From: the human T2T-CHM13v2.0 reference genome, Homo sapiens
Reading direction: 5' to 3' (one strand)
Assembly: GCF_009914755.1 (NCBI RefSeq)
Contig: NC_060948.1
DNA length: 64,000 nucleotides
Below the pieces are notes generated by a model, which saw only the letters and a program-made list of their open reading frames with translations, was not told the origin of the DNA and ran no database searches. The translations under genes were made by a program, and so were the position numbers. Shown one piece after another: positions 13,771-26,420 of the stretch; position 1 is the first letter of the stretch; each line of letters opens with the position of its first letter.

Positions 13771-13922
13771 AGTCAAGCCATTAGATGTACAATCTAAGTT
13801 ATTTGAGGTACAAAGTGGGAGCTGAGATTTTTGACTACTTGAGATCCCTTAAGCCAGGGGGAAACCATTTCAGAAGTGCTTGAATGTCTATTTAAATCCC
13901 CATTTTTTCTTGGAGGTCCTAG

Positions 13923-14529
13923 TGACAGGTGAAGCCACCTGGACTTCCTGGGTCAAGTGAGGACTTGGAGAACTTTTCCCTCTAGCTAAAGGATTGTAAA
14001 CACACCAGTCATCACTCTAAAAATGCACCAATCAGCACTCTGTGTCTAGCTAAAGGATTGTAAATGCACCAATCAGCACTCTCTAAAATGGAACAATAAG
14101 CACTCTGTAAAATGGACCAATCAGCACTCTGTAAAATGAGTCAATCAGCAGGTCGTGCATGGATCCAAATAAGGGAATAAAAGCTAGCCACCTCACCCAG
14201 CATCAGCCACCTTCTTGGGTCCCCTTCTAAGCTCTGGAAGTTTTGTTCTTTTGCTCTTCACAATAAATCTTGCTGCTGCTCATTGTTTGGGTCCACACCA
14301 CCTTTAAGAGCTGTAACACTCACTGTGAAGGTCTGCAGCTTCATTCTTGAAGTCATTGAGACCACAAGACCACTGGAAGGAAGAAAGTCTAGGCACATCT
14401 GAACATCTGAAGGAACAAACTCTGGATATGCCACTTTAAGAGCTGCGAAACTCACTGTGAAGGTACGCGGCTTCATTCTTGAAGTCAGCAAGACCAAGAA
14501 CCCACTAGAAGGAATAAATTCCAGACACA
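13923..14529 (+). mobile_element. 5' LTR (LTR12 family) of ERV9 provirus
   Basis: Starts TG (tgacaggtgaagcc) and ends CA (ccagacaca); tandem 'ctagctaaaggattgtaaa' and 'ccaatcagcactctgt' enhancer repeats typical of LTR12; aataaa signals. Confidence 0.92.
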
Positions 14530-14532
14530 TTA

Positions 14533-14550
14533 TGGCAACCATGAAGGGAC
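14533..14550 (+). promoter_or_regulatory. Primer-binding site (tRNA-Arg type)
   Basis: tggcaaccatgaagggac 3 nt after the LTR end; close to the recalled ERV9 PBS TGGCGACCACGAAGGGAC. Confidence 0.75.
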
Positions 14551-15718
14551 TATCACCTATCACCAAGCAGTGAGTACCATCAGACACCTTTCACTTGCTA
14601 TTCTGTCCTATTTTTCCTCAGAATTCTGGGGCTAAAAAACCAGCCACCTGTAAGCCAGTTAAAAGTGACTAGCATGGCCGCTGGACTAAAGACATGGGTG
14701 TCATGCTTTCTGGGGAAGTGCTGTCTAACAAGCCCCAACTCTTCAGATTTGGGAGCATTGGTTTGCCTGCAACCAGCTTCTGCTTTCCCTATACCTCTGG
14801 GCTGAGCTGGGGGTCAACAGAGAGGAAAGCCATTCAGCTCCAAAGTCCCAATAACAAGTTGGTTAATGCTGCAGCCATGAGTAGTACTCTCAAAGTCACG
14901 TTGCACAAGTGAGACTCGCCCATCTATCCTATCTATCCTGACATCTGACCTTTGCTTCCTGGGTCCTAATACCTGTCAGACAAACTTCCTCTTGTCTCTT
15001 CTCTGAGGCTAGCCCTGCTTCTGAAAACCACTCCCTGTCTCTGGTGCTTTTCTAGTTTCTCTGCTAAGAATGATTTCTAGTATAAACTCCAGGACTCTAT
15101 TCCCTTCTTTAGGCACCCGGGCTTACCAATCAGAAAGATATAATTTTAGCCCAAAGCCCCACTGGGGGACTGGGGGAACATCTTATCTAGAATTTTAGGA
15201 TCTCTCTTTAGACTAGCAGGCCTAACAAAAGCTACTCCTGAAGCTAGGGTATGGGGAGCTTCAGAAATGGTATCCTTCCTATTCAAGTGAGGACAAAAGG
15301 CATCACTCTTCCAACCCTGGATAACATTTCCCTCTCTCAGGGTATGGCCCTCCACTTCATTTTTGAGGTGTAATATCTTTATAGGACAGGGGCATAGTCC
15401 CAATACTAATGGGAGAATGCTTAGGACTCTAACAGTTTTTCAAGAATGCATCAGTAAGTGCCACTAAATCCGATTTTTCTTGGTCCTCTTTGTGGTCTAG
15501 GAGGACAGGAAAGGGTGCAGATTATTGAGAATACATCAGTAAGGGACACTAAATCTGACCTTCCTCAATCTTCTTTGTGGTCTTGGAGGAAAACTAGTGT
15601 TTCTGCTGCTGGGTCAGTGAGCGCAACTATGCCAATCAGCAGGGTTCAGGGACCATTGCAGTTCTTGGGCAGGGGAAGAAACAAACAAACCAAAATTGTG
15701 GGAAGTTTTGTCTTTCAG

Positions 15719-17180
15719 ATGGGAAACACTCAGACATCAACAGGCTCACCATTGCAGTGCATCCTAAGCCATCGGGACCAATTTGATCCACAAATCCTTG
15801 ACAAAGAGGTGGCTCATTTTTTTCTTCACTATTACCAGGCCTCAATATTCTCTCCAATGGGGAAAAATGGCCAACTGAGGGAAGTAAAAATTAAAATACT
15901 ATCTTGCAGTTTGACCTTTTCTATAAGAGAGAAGGCAAGTGGAATGAAATACCTGATGTCCAAGTTTTATTTTCATTGAAGGAGAATCCACAGCTTTGCA
16001 AAGCTTGCCATTTACATCCCACAGGAGTACCTTTTAGCTTACCCCTATATCCTAGCCTCTGTATAGCTCCCCTTTCTATTACTGATAAGCCACCTCTAAT
16101 CTTCCCCCTGCAGAAGGAAACAAGCAAAGAAATCTACAGAGGACCACAAAAAAACTCCGGGCTATTGATTATGTCCCCTTCAAGATGTAGGGGGAGGGGA
16201 ATTTTGCCCAACCTGGGTACATGTCCCCTTCTCTCTCCCTGATTTGAAGCAGACCAAGGCAGACACAGGGAAGTTTTCAGATGATCCTGATAGGTACATA
16301 GATATCTTATAGGGTCTAGGGCAAACCTTTCACCTCACTTGGAGAGATGTTATGCTAATGTTAGATCAAATCCTGGACTTTAATGAAAATAATGTGGCTT
16401 TAGCTGCAGCCCAAGAGTTTGGAGATACCTGGTATCTTAGTCAAGTAAATGATAGAATGACAGCTGAAGAAAGGGACAAATTCCCTACCAGTCAGCAAGT
16501 CATCCCCCATATGGATCCCCACTGGAAACTCAACTCAGATTATTGGGACTGGAGTCACAAACATCTGCTGACCTGTGTTCTAGAAGGACTGAGGAGAATT
16601 AGGAAAATGCTCCTGAACTATGCAATGATGTCCATCCTAACTCTGGGAAAGGAAGAAAATCCTTCTGCCTTCCTCGAGTGGCTATGGAAGGCCTTAAGGA
16701 AATCTACTCCTCTGTCACCTGATTCCCTTGAGGGTCAATTGACTCTGAAAGATAAGTTTATTACCCAATCAGCTGAAGATATCAAGAGAAAGCTCCAAAA
16801 GTCAGCGCTGGACCCTGAACAAAATCTGGAGGCATTAGTAAACCTGGCAACCTCAGTGTTCTCTAATAGCTACCAAGAAGACCTGGCCAAAATGGAAAAG
16901 TGAGATCAGAGAAAGGTTGCAGCCTTATTCATGGCCCTCAGACAAACAAACCTTGGTGGTTCAGACCGGACATAAAATGGAGCAGGCCAATTACCAGGTA
17001 GGGTTTCTTACCAGTGTGGTTTGCAAGGACACCTTAAAAAAGTTTGTCCAACAAGAAACAAGCTGTCCCCTGGCCCATGTCCACTCTACCGAGGCAATCA
17101 CTGGAAGGCTCTCTGCCCCAGAGGACAAAGTTTCTCTAGGCCAGAAGCCCCCAACCAGATTATCCAACAACAGGCCTGAG
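15719..17180 (+). pseudogene. gag: ERV9 gag, frameshifted
   Basis: MGNTQTSTGSPLQCIL start; QFDLFYKREGKWNEIP; major-homology-like GKEENPSAFLEWL; zinc-knuckle remnants near 17010-17110; spread over several ORFs (15904, 16352, 16917). Confidence 0.85.
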
Positions 17181-17199
17181 GGTGTCTGGGTCAAGTGCC

Positions 17200-18445
17200 A
17201 GCTCATGTCATTACCCTCACTGAGCCCCAGGTACATTTAACCATTGAGGGCCAGGAAATTGACTTCCTCCAGGACACTGGTGTGGCCTTCTCAGTGTTAA
17301 TCTCCTGTCCTGGACAGCTGTCCTCAAGGGCTGTTACTATCTGAGGAATCCTGGTTTGGCCTGTAACCAAGTGTTTCTCCCACCTTCTCAGTTGTAACTG
17401 GGAGACTTTGCTCTTTTCACATGCCTTTCTTCTTATGCCTGAACATCCAATACCTTATTAGGGAGGGACATATTAGCCAAAGCTGGAGCTATTATCTACG
17501 TGAACATAGGGAACAAGTTACCCATTTGTTATCCCCTGCTGGAGGAGGGAGTCAACCTTGAAGTCTGGGCACTGGAAGAAATAAACTCAAGCTCCAGCCT
17601 TAAGCCTTCTGAGAGGACAAAACTTTTATTTATATGCCAGAGAGAGAGTAGGAATAGCTCTTGGAGTCCTTACTCAGACTCATGGGACAACCCCACAACC
17701 TGTGGTATACCTAAGTAAGGAAATTGATGTACTAGAAAAAGGCCAGCCTCACTGTTTACTATTAGTTGTGGCAGTGACCATCTTAGTGTAAGAGGCTGTC
17801 AAAATAATATGAGGAAATGATCTCACTCTCTGGACTACTCATGATGTAAAGGGCATAGTAGGTGCCAAAGGAAGTTTATGGCTATCAGACAACAGCCTGC
17901 TTAGATACCAGACACTACTCCTTGAGCGACAGGTGTTTCAAATATGCACATATGTAGCCCTCAACCCTGCCATTTTTCTCCTAGAGGATGGGAAACACTA
18001 GTCAAGCATGACTGCCAACAAATTATAGTCCAAATTTATGCTGCCCGAAAGCCTCTCTTAGAAAGCTCCTTAGTTAATCCTGACCTTAACCTATATACCA
18101 GTGAAAGTTCATTTGTGTAGAATGGTATATGAAGGGCAGGCTATGCCATATTTAGTGGTGTAAGGGCACTTGAAAGTAAGCCTCTTCCCCCAGGGACCAG
18201 CGCCCAGTTAGCAGAACTAATGGCACTTACCCAAGCCTGACAATGGGGAAACGGAAGAAGAATAAATGTGTGTATTGATAGTAAGTATGCTTATCTACTC
18301 CTACATGCCCATCCTGCAATATGGAAAGAAAATGAGTTCATAACCTCGGGGGGAAGCCCCATTAAATATCACAAGGAAACCATGGAGTTATTGCACACTC
18401 TGCAAAACCCAATGTGGTGGCAGTGTTCCACTGCCGAAGCCATCA
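17200..18445 (+). pseudogene. pol: ERV9 pro-pol remnant lacking most of RT and integrase
   Basis: Protease motif 'IEGQEIDFLQDTGVAFSVL' at ~17243-17300; abrupt jump at ~17580 into the connection region (QAPALSL); RNase H motifs SAQLAELMALTQA and IDSKYAYLLLHAH. Confidence 0.8.
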
Positions 18446-18484
18446 TAAGGGGAAGGAGAGGGGAGAGCAGCAGCATAAGTGGCT

Positions 18485-18722
18485 GGCAGAGGCAGGAAAA
18501 GACCAGCAGAGAGAGAAGAGAGAGAAAGAGAGAAACAGAAGAAGAGACAGAAATTCAGAGAGAGTGAGAGAGAAAGAGAGGAAGAGACAGACAAAGAGGG
18601 GGTCAGAGAAAAAGAAAAAGAAAGAAAGAGACAAGGTCAAAGACAGAAGGAAAGAGAGAGAGGAAGAGACAGACAAAGAAGGAGTCAAAGAGAGAGAAAG
18701 AGATTGAAGTAGTAAAGAAAAA
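18485..18722. repeat. GA-rich low-complexity tract inside the provirus
   Basis: Purine-only gaga/gaaa runs. Confidence 0.9.
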
Positions 18723-19339
18723 GCAGTGTATCCTATTCCTTTAAAAGCCAGGGTAAATTTAATAACCATAATTGATAATTTAAGGTTTTCTCAATGACCT
18801 CTAACACCCCAATACCACCTTGTTGTCATTGTAAACAAGGGCATAGTCTGAAAGCACTGAGGCCACTGAGAACCCCTAGACCTCCTATCAAAAAATTTTA
18901 ACTCAGCAGGATTCCTAACGGGGATCTAAGGATCAAAGTCTTAACTAATTACCATACAAAGGTCCAACAAGACCTAGGAGGAATTTCCTTCAGGACAGGA
19001 TGATAGATGGTTCCTCCCAGGTTATTAAGGGAAAAAGACGCAATGGGTATTCAGTAAATGATAAGGGAACTGTTGTAGAAGCAGTTAGGAAAATTGCCTA
19101 ATAATTTGTCTGCTTAAATGTGCGAGCCGTTTGCCCTCAGCCAAACCTTAATGTACTTACAGAATCACGAAGGAGCCATCTATACCATTTCTAAGTGAAT
19201 AGGGACTGAACGAGGTCTTATTAATAGCAAAGAATACTTGAAATCCCAAACTTAGAAGGTTTTCAACAAAAGTAAAGTTTGCTAAAAGTTAACAGTGTAA
19301 CATGTATTATCCTACTACCACACACTCTCAAAGGATTTC

Positions 19340-19800
19340 TCAGACAGTTTGTGAAAAATAACAAAATCTATCCTTTCTCTACAATCCCAAATAGACTTTT
19401 TGGCAGCAGTGGCTCTCCAGAACCACTGAGGCCTAGACTCCCTCACTGCTGAGAAAGGAGGGCTCTAAACCTTCTTAAGGGAAGAGTGTTTCTTTTACAC
19501 TAACCAGTCTGGGATAGTATGCAATGCCACCCAGCATTTAAAGGAAAAGGCTACTGAAACCAGACAATGCCTTTCAAACTCTTATACCAACCTCTGGAGT
19601 TGAGCCATATGACTTCTCCTCTTTCCAGGTCCCATGACAGCCATCTTGCTATTACTTTCCTTCAGGTCCTGTATTTTTAACCACCCTGCCAAATTTGTTT
19701 CCTCTAGGATTGAGGCCATCAAGCTACAGTTGATCTTACAAATGGAACCCCAATGAGCTCAACTAATAACTTCTACCAAGGAACCTGGATCAACCCACTG
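19340..19800 (+). pseudogene. env: env transmembrane-subunit remnant
   Basis: Immunosuppressive-domain-like 'LAAVALQNH*GLD.LTAEKGGL...EEC.FYTNQSGIV' at ~19400-19520. Confidence 0.75.
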
Positions 19801-19926
19801 GCCCTTTGGCTGGCCTAGAATATTCCCCTCTGGAGGACACTACCACCAGAGACCCCTTCTTTACCTCTATCCAGCAGTAAGTAGCTAGGGTGGTCATCAC
19901 CCAATTCCCAACAGCAGTTAGAGCAT

Positions 19927-20536
19927 TGAGATGTGAAGACAGCTAGACTTCATGGGTTGAGTGGGGACAGGGAGGACTTTTCTGTCTAGCTAAATGATTG
20001 TAAATGCACCAATCTGCACTCTGTGTCTAGCAAAAGGAATGTAAATTCACCAGCACTCTGTAAAAAAGCATCAATTATTGCTCTGTGTCTAGCTAAATGA
20101 TTTTAAACACAACAATCAACGCTCTGTAAAATGGACCAATCAGCACATTGTAAAATGGATCAATCAGCAGGATGTGGGTGGGGCCAGATAAGGGAATAAA
20201 GCTCGCCAACCCACCCAGCAGTGGCAATCCATGCAGGTCCCCTTCCATGCTGTGGAAGCTTTGTCAATAAATCTTGCTGCTGCTCGCTCTGGGTCTGCAC
20301 CAACTTTAGGAGATTCAATACCAGCCATGAAGGTCTGCAGCTTCATTCTTGAAGTCAGGGAGACCAGGAGGTCCCCTGGGAGAAGGAAGAAACTCTGGAC
20401 ATATCTGAACATCTGAACGAATGAACTCTGGACACACTATCTTTAAGAGCTGTAACACTCTATGTGAAGGTCCACGGCTTCATTCTTGAAGTCAGAAAGA
20501 CCGAGAACCTACCAGAAGGAACCAACTCTGGAAACA
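19927..20536 (+). mobile_element. 3' LTR (LTR12 family) of ERV9 provirus
   Basis: tgagatgtgaagacagctagacttc ... ctctggaaaca, colinear with the 5' LTR. Confidence 0.92.
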
Positions 20537-20539
20537 ATA

Positions 20540-20838
20540 TGCCAAACTCAGTGTTTCAGGGCTATAATTGCAACACTTTGGGAGGTCAAGGAAGGAGGAC
20601 ACTTAAGCCTGGGAGTTTGAGACCACCCTGAACAATATATCTGAAGCATTGTCCTTGCCACACACACACACAAAAGTGGGGCACAGTGGTGTGTGTCTGT
20701 AATTCTTTCTACTTGAGAGGCTGAAATGGAAGGCTCACACATTTGAACCCAGGAGTTCAAGGCTGCAGTGAGTTACAATGGTGCTGCTGCAGTCCAGGCT
20801 GGACAACAGTGTAACCTTGTGTCTAAAAAGAAAAAAAA
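20540..20838 (+). mobile_element. Old Alu (J-like)
   Basis: caacactttgggaggtcaagg ... gagttcaaggctgcagtgag plus A tail; paralog at 22887. Confidence 0.85.
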
Positions 20839-20904
20839 TGATAAGTGCTTGAACTGAAGGATACACTATTTATTATTTATATATTTATTGATTTATATAA
20901 TTAT

Positions 20905-21200
20905 TTGTGACTTGGAGTCCCACTCTGTCACCCAGACTAGAGTGCATGGTGCAATATCAGCTCACTTCAGCCTCAGGCTCACAGAGACAAAAAAATTATC
21001 CTTCCTGAGTCTCCCAATTAACTACTACTAGTTAACATACTACTAGCATGGGCCACCAAGCCCAGCTAATTGTTGTATTTTTGGTAGAGATGGGGCTTCA
21101 GGGTTTTGGCCAGGCTGGTCTTGAACTCCTGACCTAATGTGATCTGCAAGACTTGGCGTCCTAAAGAGCTGGAATTAAAGAACTGAGCCATCACACCTAG
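20905..21200 (-). mobile_element. Alu SINE
   Basis: ggagtcccactctgtcacccagactagagtgc ... ctggtcttgaactcctgacct. Confidence 0.85.
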
Positions 21201-21481
21201 ACAATAACATATACAAGACTAGGGAGTTTTATCCTTTCACTTCATCCTCACAATGCTACATTATAAGTGAATGAAAACAAAACTTCATATCATGAATAAA
21301 TCACTTGAAAACAAAAGTTGGTAATTTCTCCCTTGAAAATTATTTGCACACTTACCCTGTAAAAATTGATGATCTTGCCAGAATTTTACCAATAAAATAC
21401 TTTTTCCCTGAAGATTAGTCTGTTAATTGTAAGAATTATGAACTGTAAAACTTCTGGAACTTCATGTATTTCATTTCTTTA

Positions 21482-21721
<240 letters not shown>

Positions 21722-21763
21722 CTAATGTTTTCAAAGATGGATGATATTAAAGGCTGAAGAAAA

Positions 21764-22066
21764 GGCTGGGCACAGTGGCTCATTCCTGCACTCCCAGCAC
21801 TTTGAGAGGCTGAGGTGGGTTGATCACCTGAGGTCAGAAGTTCAAGACCAGCCTGGCCAACATTTTGAAGCCCCGTCTCTATTAAAACTACGAAAATTAG
21901 CAAAGTGTGATGGTGGATGCCTGTAATCCCAGCTACTCAGGAGGCTGAGGCAGAAGAATCACTTGAACCAGGAGGCAGAGGTTGTAGTGAGCCGAGATCA
22001 TGCCATTACACTCCAGTCTGGGCAACAGAGCGGGACTCCGCCTCAAAAGAATAAAGAAAAAAAAAA
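21764..22066 (+). mobile_element. Alu SINE (probable chimeric duplication junction)
   Basis: Full dimer; its 3' flank is paralogous to that of the Alu at 13472 but its 5' flank is not. Confidence 0.88.
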
Positions 22067-22886
22067 GTCAAGGCATTAGATGCACAATCTACGTTCTTCG
22101 AGGTACAAAGTGGGAACTGAGCTTTCTTGAGTGTGTGAGATCCAGTAAGCCAGGAGGAAACAGTTTCAGAAGTGCTTGAATGTTTACTTAAATCCGTCTT
22201 TTATCTTGGAGGTCCTAGGAGAATTATGAATGCAAGTCTGTGTTAGAATCCAGAGATAGGCAAGCTAGGTATCATTTTGTGGAGAAGCAGCTGTAGCATT
22301 TAACAGGTGGGGTGCTACATATGTGATTTAATACTTCGGTCATCTGAGAGAAGCTGTGAAATAATAGTTCTCTATTCATTCTAGGGCACTGTGTCAGACA
22401 TAAACTCTAGAAAAAATTTATGATTCAGTTTTTATTACCTCTTTTTAAGTGAGTATTTTCATAATCGTATGTGTGCAAGAGTATCTCAAATACTTTCTGT
22501 GTTTATCTCACAGGGAATTGATGTGGGTGAGGCATTTTATTTGTTGCATTTGTGGATGCAGGGACAAATTAGAGCCTCCCATTTTATCACCTTAATGGAG
22601 ATACCCTTTCTATTATTTCTTTTACTTATTTTAAAAAATTGTATGTAACGTTTGTAGATACTTTTGGTGATATCATGTGATATTATATGATATTTGATAC
22701 AAGCAATGTATACTGGTAAGGAAGGTATCATAGAAGGGTTGGGGGTGGGTTAAATGACAGTTGCTTAGAAGGAATACGATCCAGTGTTCGGTAGCCCAGG
22801 ATGACTACACTTAATAATGGTTTATTGTATATCTCAAAAGAATTAAAAGAGTGAAGGTGGAATGTCACTTATACTGACAAATGATA

Positions 22887-23197
22887 TGCCAGACTCAGTG
22901 GCTCACAGCTACAATCACAACACTTTGGGAGGCCAAGGAAGGCGGATCACTTAGGCCTGGAATTTTGAGACCAGCGTGAACAATATATACGAAACATTGT
23001 CCCTACCATACATGCACAAACACAAGAGCTGGGGATGGTGGTGTGTGTCTGTAATTCCAGCTACTTGGGAGGCTGAAATGGAAGGTTTGCACATTTGAAC
23101 CCAGGAGTCCAAGGCTGCAGTGAGCTATGATGGTGACACTGCAGTCCAGACTGGACAACATAGTGAGACTCTGTCTCTAAAAAAGAAAAAAAAGAAA
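22887..23197 (+). mobile_element. Old Alu (J-like), paralog of 20540-20838
   Basis: Same unusual features ('aacaatatat', 'gctgaaatggaagg', 'acatttgaacccagg'). Confidence 0.85.
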
Positions 23198-23261
23198 TAA
23201 CTAGTTGAACTGATGGATACATTATTACTTATGTATTTGTTGATTTATATAATTATTTTTA

Positions 23262-23492
23262 GTTGGTGTCTCACTCCATTACCCAGGCTAGAGTGCATGG
23301 TGCAATATCGGCTCACTGCAGTCTGAGGCTCCCATGTTCAAACGATTCTCTTGTCTGAGCCTCCCAATTAACTGTAACATAATACAGGCATGGGCCACCA
23401 TGCCCGGTTAATTTTTGTATTTTTGGTACAGATGGGGTTTCATGGTGTTGGCTAGGCTTGTCTTGAACTCCCGACCTAAAGTGATCTGCAAG
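23262..23492 (-). mobile_element. Truncated Alu, paralog of 20905-21200
   Basis: Colinear with the 20905 copy until 'gtgatctgcaag', then switches to unrelated sequence. Confidence 0.85.
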
Positions 23493-25025
23493 CCAATATC
23501 CCCCTTCAGTCACAGAATGCTTCAAGTAGATTGTTCCAGATGTCTTAAACTTTAGTATCAACCACATCTAATTATTTCCTTTGACCTGTACTATTACTCT
23601 ATAAGATAAACATTGTATGGTGAGGCAAACAGTTTTGTAGTGTTTCTGGAGATTTCGCTAATGTTTTAATCTTGTAATTTTTTAAAGAGAAACACAGCCT
23701 AATTAGAAAACTTATGCAACTTGAAAGGGAGACATAATATATGCCTGATTTTGTATCTATTTATGTTCAAAGAAACAAAGTGTTCACAACGCAATTTACT
23801 CTTCTATTTAATTTGCTTTTAAGCATGTGTAGCTAAGCAGTAACATCAGGCATTTTGCATTACATGTAAAAATTGATTATGAAAATTTTATTCCAGATAT
23901 TATAACTAACAGTAACAAGTATGAAATTACTTTGAAAAAAATTCATTTTCCTTTAAATAGCTCAAAAAATTCATGGAGTAAGTTAGTTTCTGCATTTCTA
24001 CCTCTCTCCACAAAAACAAGTTTCTTTTAGTAAGACACATGTAACAAGGCAGAAATAAAATTTCAATGTTCGATTTGCAAACAAGGTTTAGTATGCAATA
24101 ACTATTATTTTGAATACTTGCTTTAATATCTACTTCAGTCTCCTTTTTCAGATCGGCTTCTGCCACCATCTCCTATAGATGTCACATAACTTGAGCTACC
24201 ATAGGCTTCACAAGGAGCAGTGTGCACCCTGTCCAGAGAAAATGGATTCCTTCCGTCTTTTCTGCCACTGTGCTCACAACCGCAGGAATAAAAATTACTG
24301 CAGCTTCTTAGGTAACTCTCCCAAGTTCTGCCATATCTATCTCATAAATTGTTATAATCATGGTGGCTTCTTCCACCATAAGGCATCTGAGGCCCTTGGA
24401 CAGGTGGTGCACCATCAGAGGTCCCTGCAGGGTTGATAAAATAATATGTTGGACTACATTTAAACATTTTTAGTGCTATCACTAAAGTATTAATTAGTTA
24501 AACTACTACTTGGAAATATCTGCTTTCCTCCGCCTTCATTTACAGATATTAATTATGCCTGCAATAGTCAGAAGGTTTTTTTTAAAAGAAGTGTAAGAGT
24601 AGTATTTTGAAGCTTAACAAATTTAATTCTAAAGTAAACGTTGAATCACATTTAACTGAACGTGAAATGAAATTCTCACCTTTATATCATTCCCTACACT
24701 TTATGCTGTTAAGAATACTCAATATTTAAACATGTTATATTTGTCCTTTATAATTTCCTTAGTTTTCTTTAAAATAATGATCTGGTCTATTTAATATAAT
24801 TCTATAATTTAAAAATCCAACCTGGACTCATACCATAACTCTGAAATGCATCTCTGTAAGAACTTCCACTTGGACATTCAGAATGTTCTCTACCTCACAG
24901 CAGCCATCAAGATCACTAAATTGAAAAAAAAAAAAAAGGTTTCTTTTGTCAGAATGAACAATTTAAGAAATCTGTTTTATAAATCCACAAAACATTATAG
25001 TACCTATATAGTACTTATATAGTAC

Positions 25026-25644
25026 CTATATCCTCTAAAGGAATGTTCATCCTGACTCAAACGACTGTAATAATGGTATGCATAGCCTCTAGGTGTTAGA
25101 GCATAATCCCTCATTTCTTGGGAACTTGGATGATTTCTGTGTGCATAAGTTTAAGCAATAAATTTTAAATTTTCAAATTCTAGTGTCCAAAATATCCATC
25201 ATAACTAAATTACAGCATACATAATACCTAAATTACAACTTAAACAAAATTAAAGGGCCAAACAGCTAAATAGATATTTCTCCAAATAAAATAGCCAAAT
25301 GTCTCAAAATCGCATGAAACAGATACTCATAATCTGTGATTCAGAAATACATTTCAAATCCAAAATGAGATACCATAATTCACGTACACACTGGAAAGGC
25401 AATAAATTTTAAAAAGCAGGAAATAGTAAGTGTTTGAGAAAATGTAGATAAATTGATACATTGATGCAATGTTAGTTGGAATGAACAATTCAAGAACTCT
25501 ATTTGGCAAATGCAGAAAGTATTATTATAGTACCTATTTCCTGTAGAGGAATGTTCATCCTGACTAGAATGACCATAATCACGGTATGCATAGTCTCTAG
25601 ATGGTGGAGCATAATCCCTAGATTCTGAGGAACCTGGATGATTA
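25026..25644 (-). repeat. Two tandem SRGY-box exon/intron units (508-bp spacing)
   Basis: [37 protein letters not shown] and its paralog; the intron flank 'gtgcataagt...caacaaattttaaattttcaa' is also duplicated. Confidence 0.9.
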
Positions 25645-25734
25645 CTGTGTGCATAAGTGTATGCAACAAATTTTAAATTTTCAACTTCTGGTATCCAAAA
25701 CATAACTAACTTACAACTTAAACAAAATTAAAAG

Positions 25735-26420
25735 GCCAAACATCTAAATGGATATTTCTCCAAATAAAATAGACAAATGCCCAAAAAGCACATGGAACAG
25801 ACACTCATAATCAATGATTCAGAAAATGCATTTCAATTGAGAGGATGTAGATAAACTGGAACCCTGATACAGTGCTAGCTGGAATGGAAAATGATGCAGC
25901 TCTATAGAGAAATGTGGTGGTTCCTCAAGAACACACACATAATTATCATAGGGCCAAGCAATTCCACTTCTATATATACCCAGAATTGATTAAGTGTGCC
26001 CAAACAAATATTGGTTCATAGAAATACTGGGGTGGAAACAACTCAAATAAAATGATCGGTTAACAGCTTGTGGAAGAAATGAAGTGCTATGACATATGTG
26101 AACCTTCTGGACATCATGAAAAAGGAAAACAGACAGTAAAAAAGTCATGTAGTGTTTGACCCCATTAACATTAAATGCCCACAACAGGTATGTGCACAGG
26201 CAGAACACAGATTGGTGTTTGCTAGCAGCTGAGGGAAGGGAGAAAATGAAGGACTGCTTAACTAGTAGTTGGAATTTTAGTTTGGAGTCATGAAAATGTT
26301 TTGGAACTCGATGGAGGTAGTTGCTGCACTACACAGAAGGTATCTAACTCCGCTTAACTGTTTACCTTATAATATTTAATTTTGTTAAGTGAATTTCATC
26401 ACCACAACAAAAAAAAATTA
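25735..26420 (+). mobile_element. Old L1M (L1MB-like) 3' fragment in RBMY intron
   Basis: 'gaggatgtagataaactggaaccc', 'agcaattccacttct', 'gaaaatgttttggaactcgat' resemble ancient L1 3' ends. Confidence 0.6.

Larger units (their letters stand above)
14530..19926 (+). mobile_element. ERV9 (HERV9-type) internal region, defective
   Basis: Contains gag, protease, RNase H and env remnants between two LTR12s; many stops and frameshifts. Confidence 0.9.

Noticed and set aside
18388-18769. Overlapping charged or Leu/Ser-rich ORFs
   Set aside because: Artefacts of the GA-rich tract inside the ERV.
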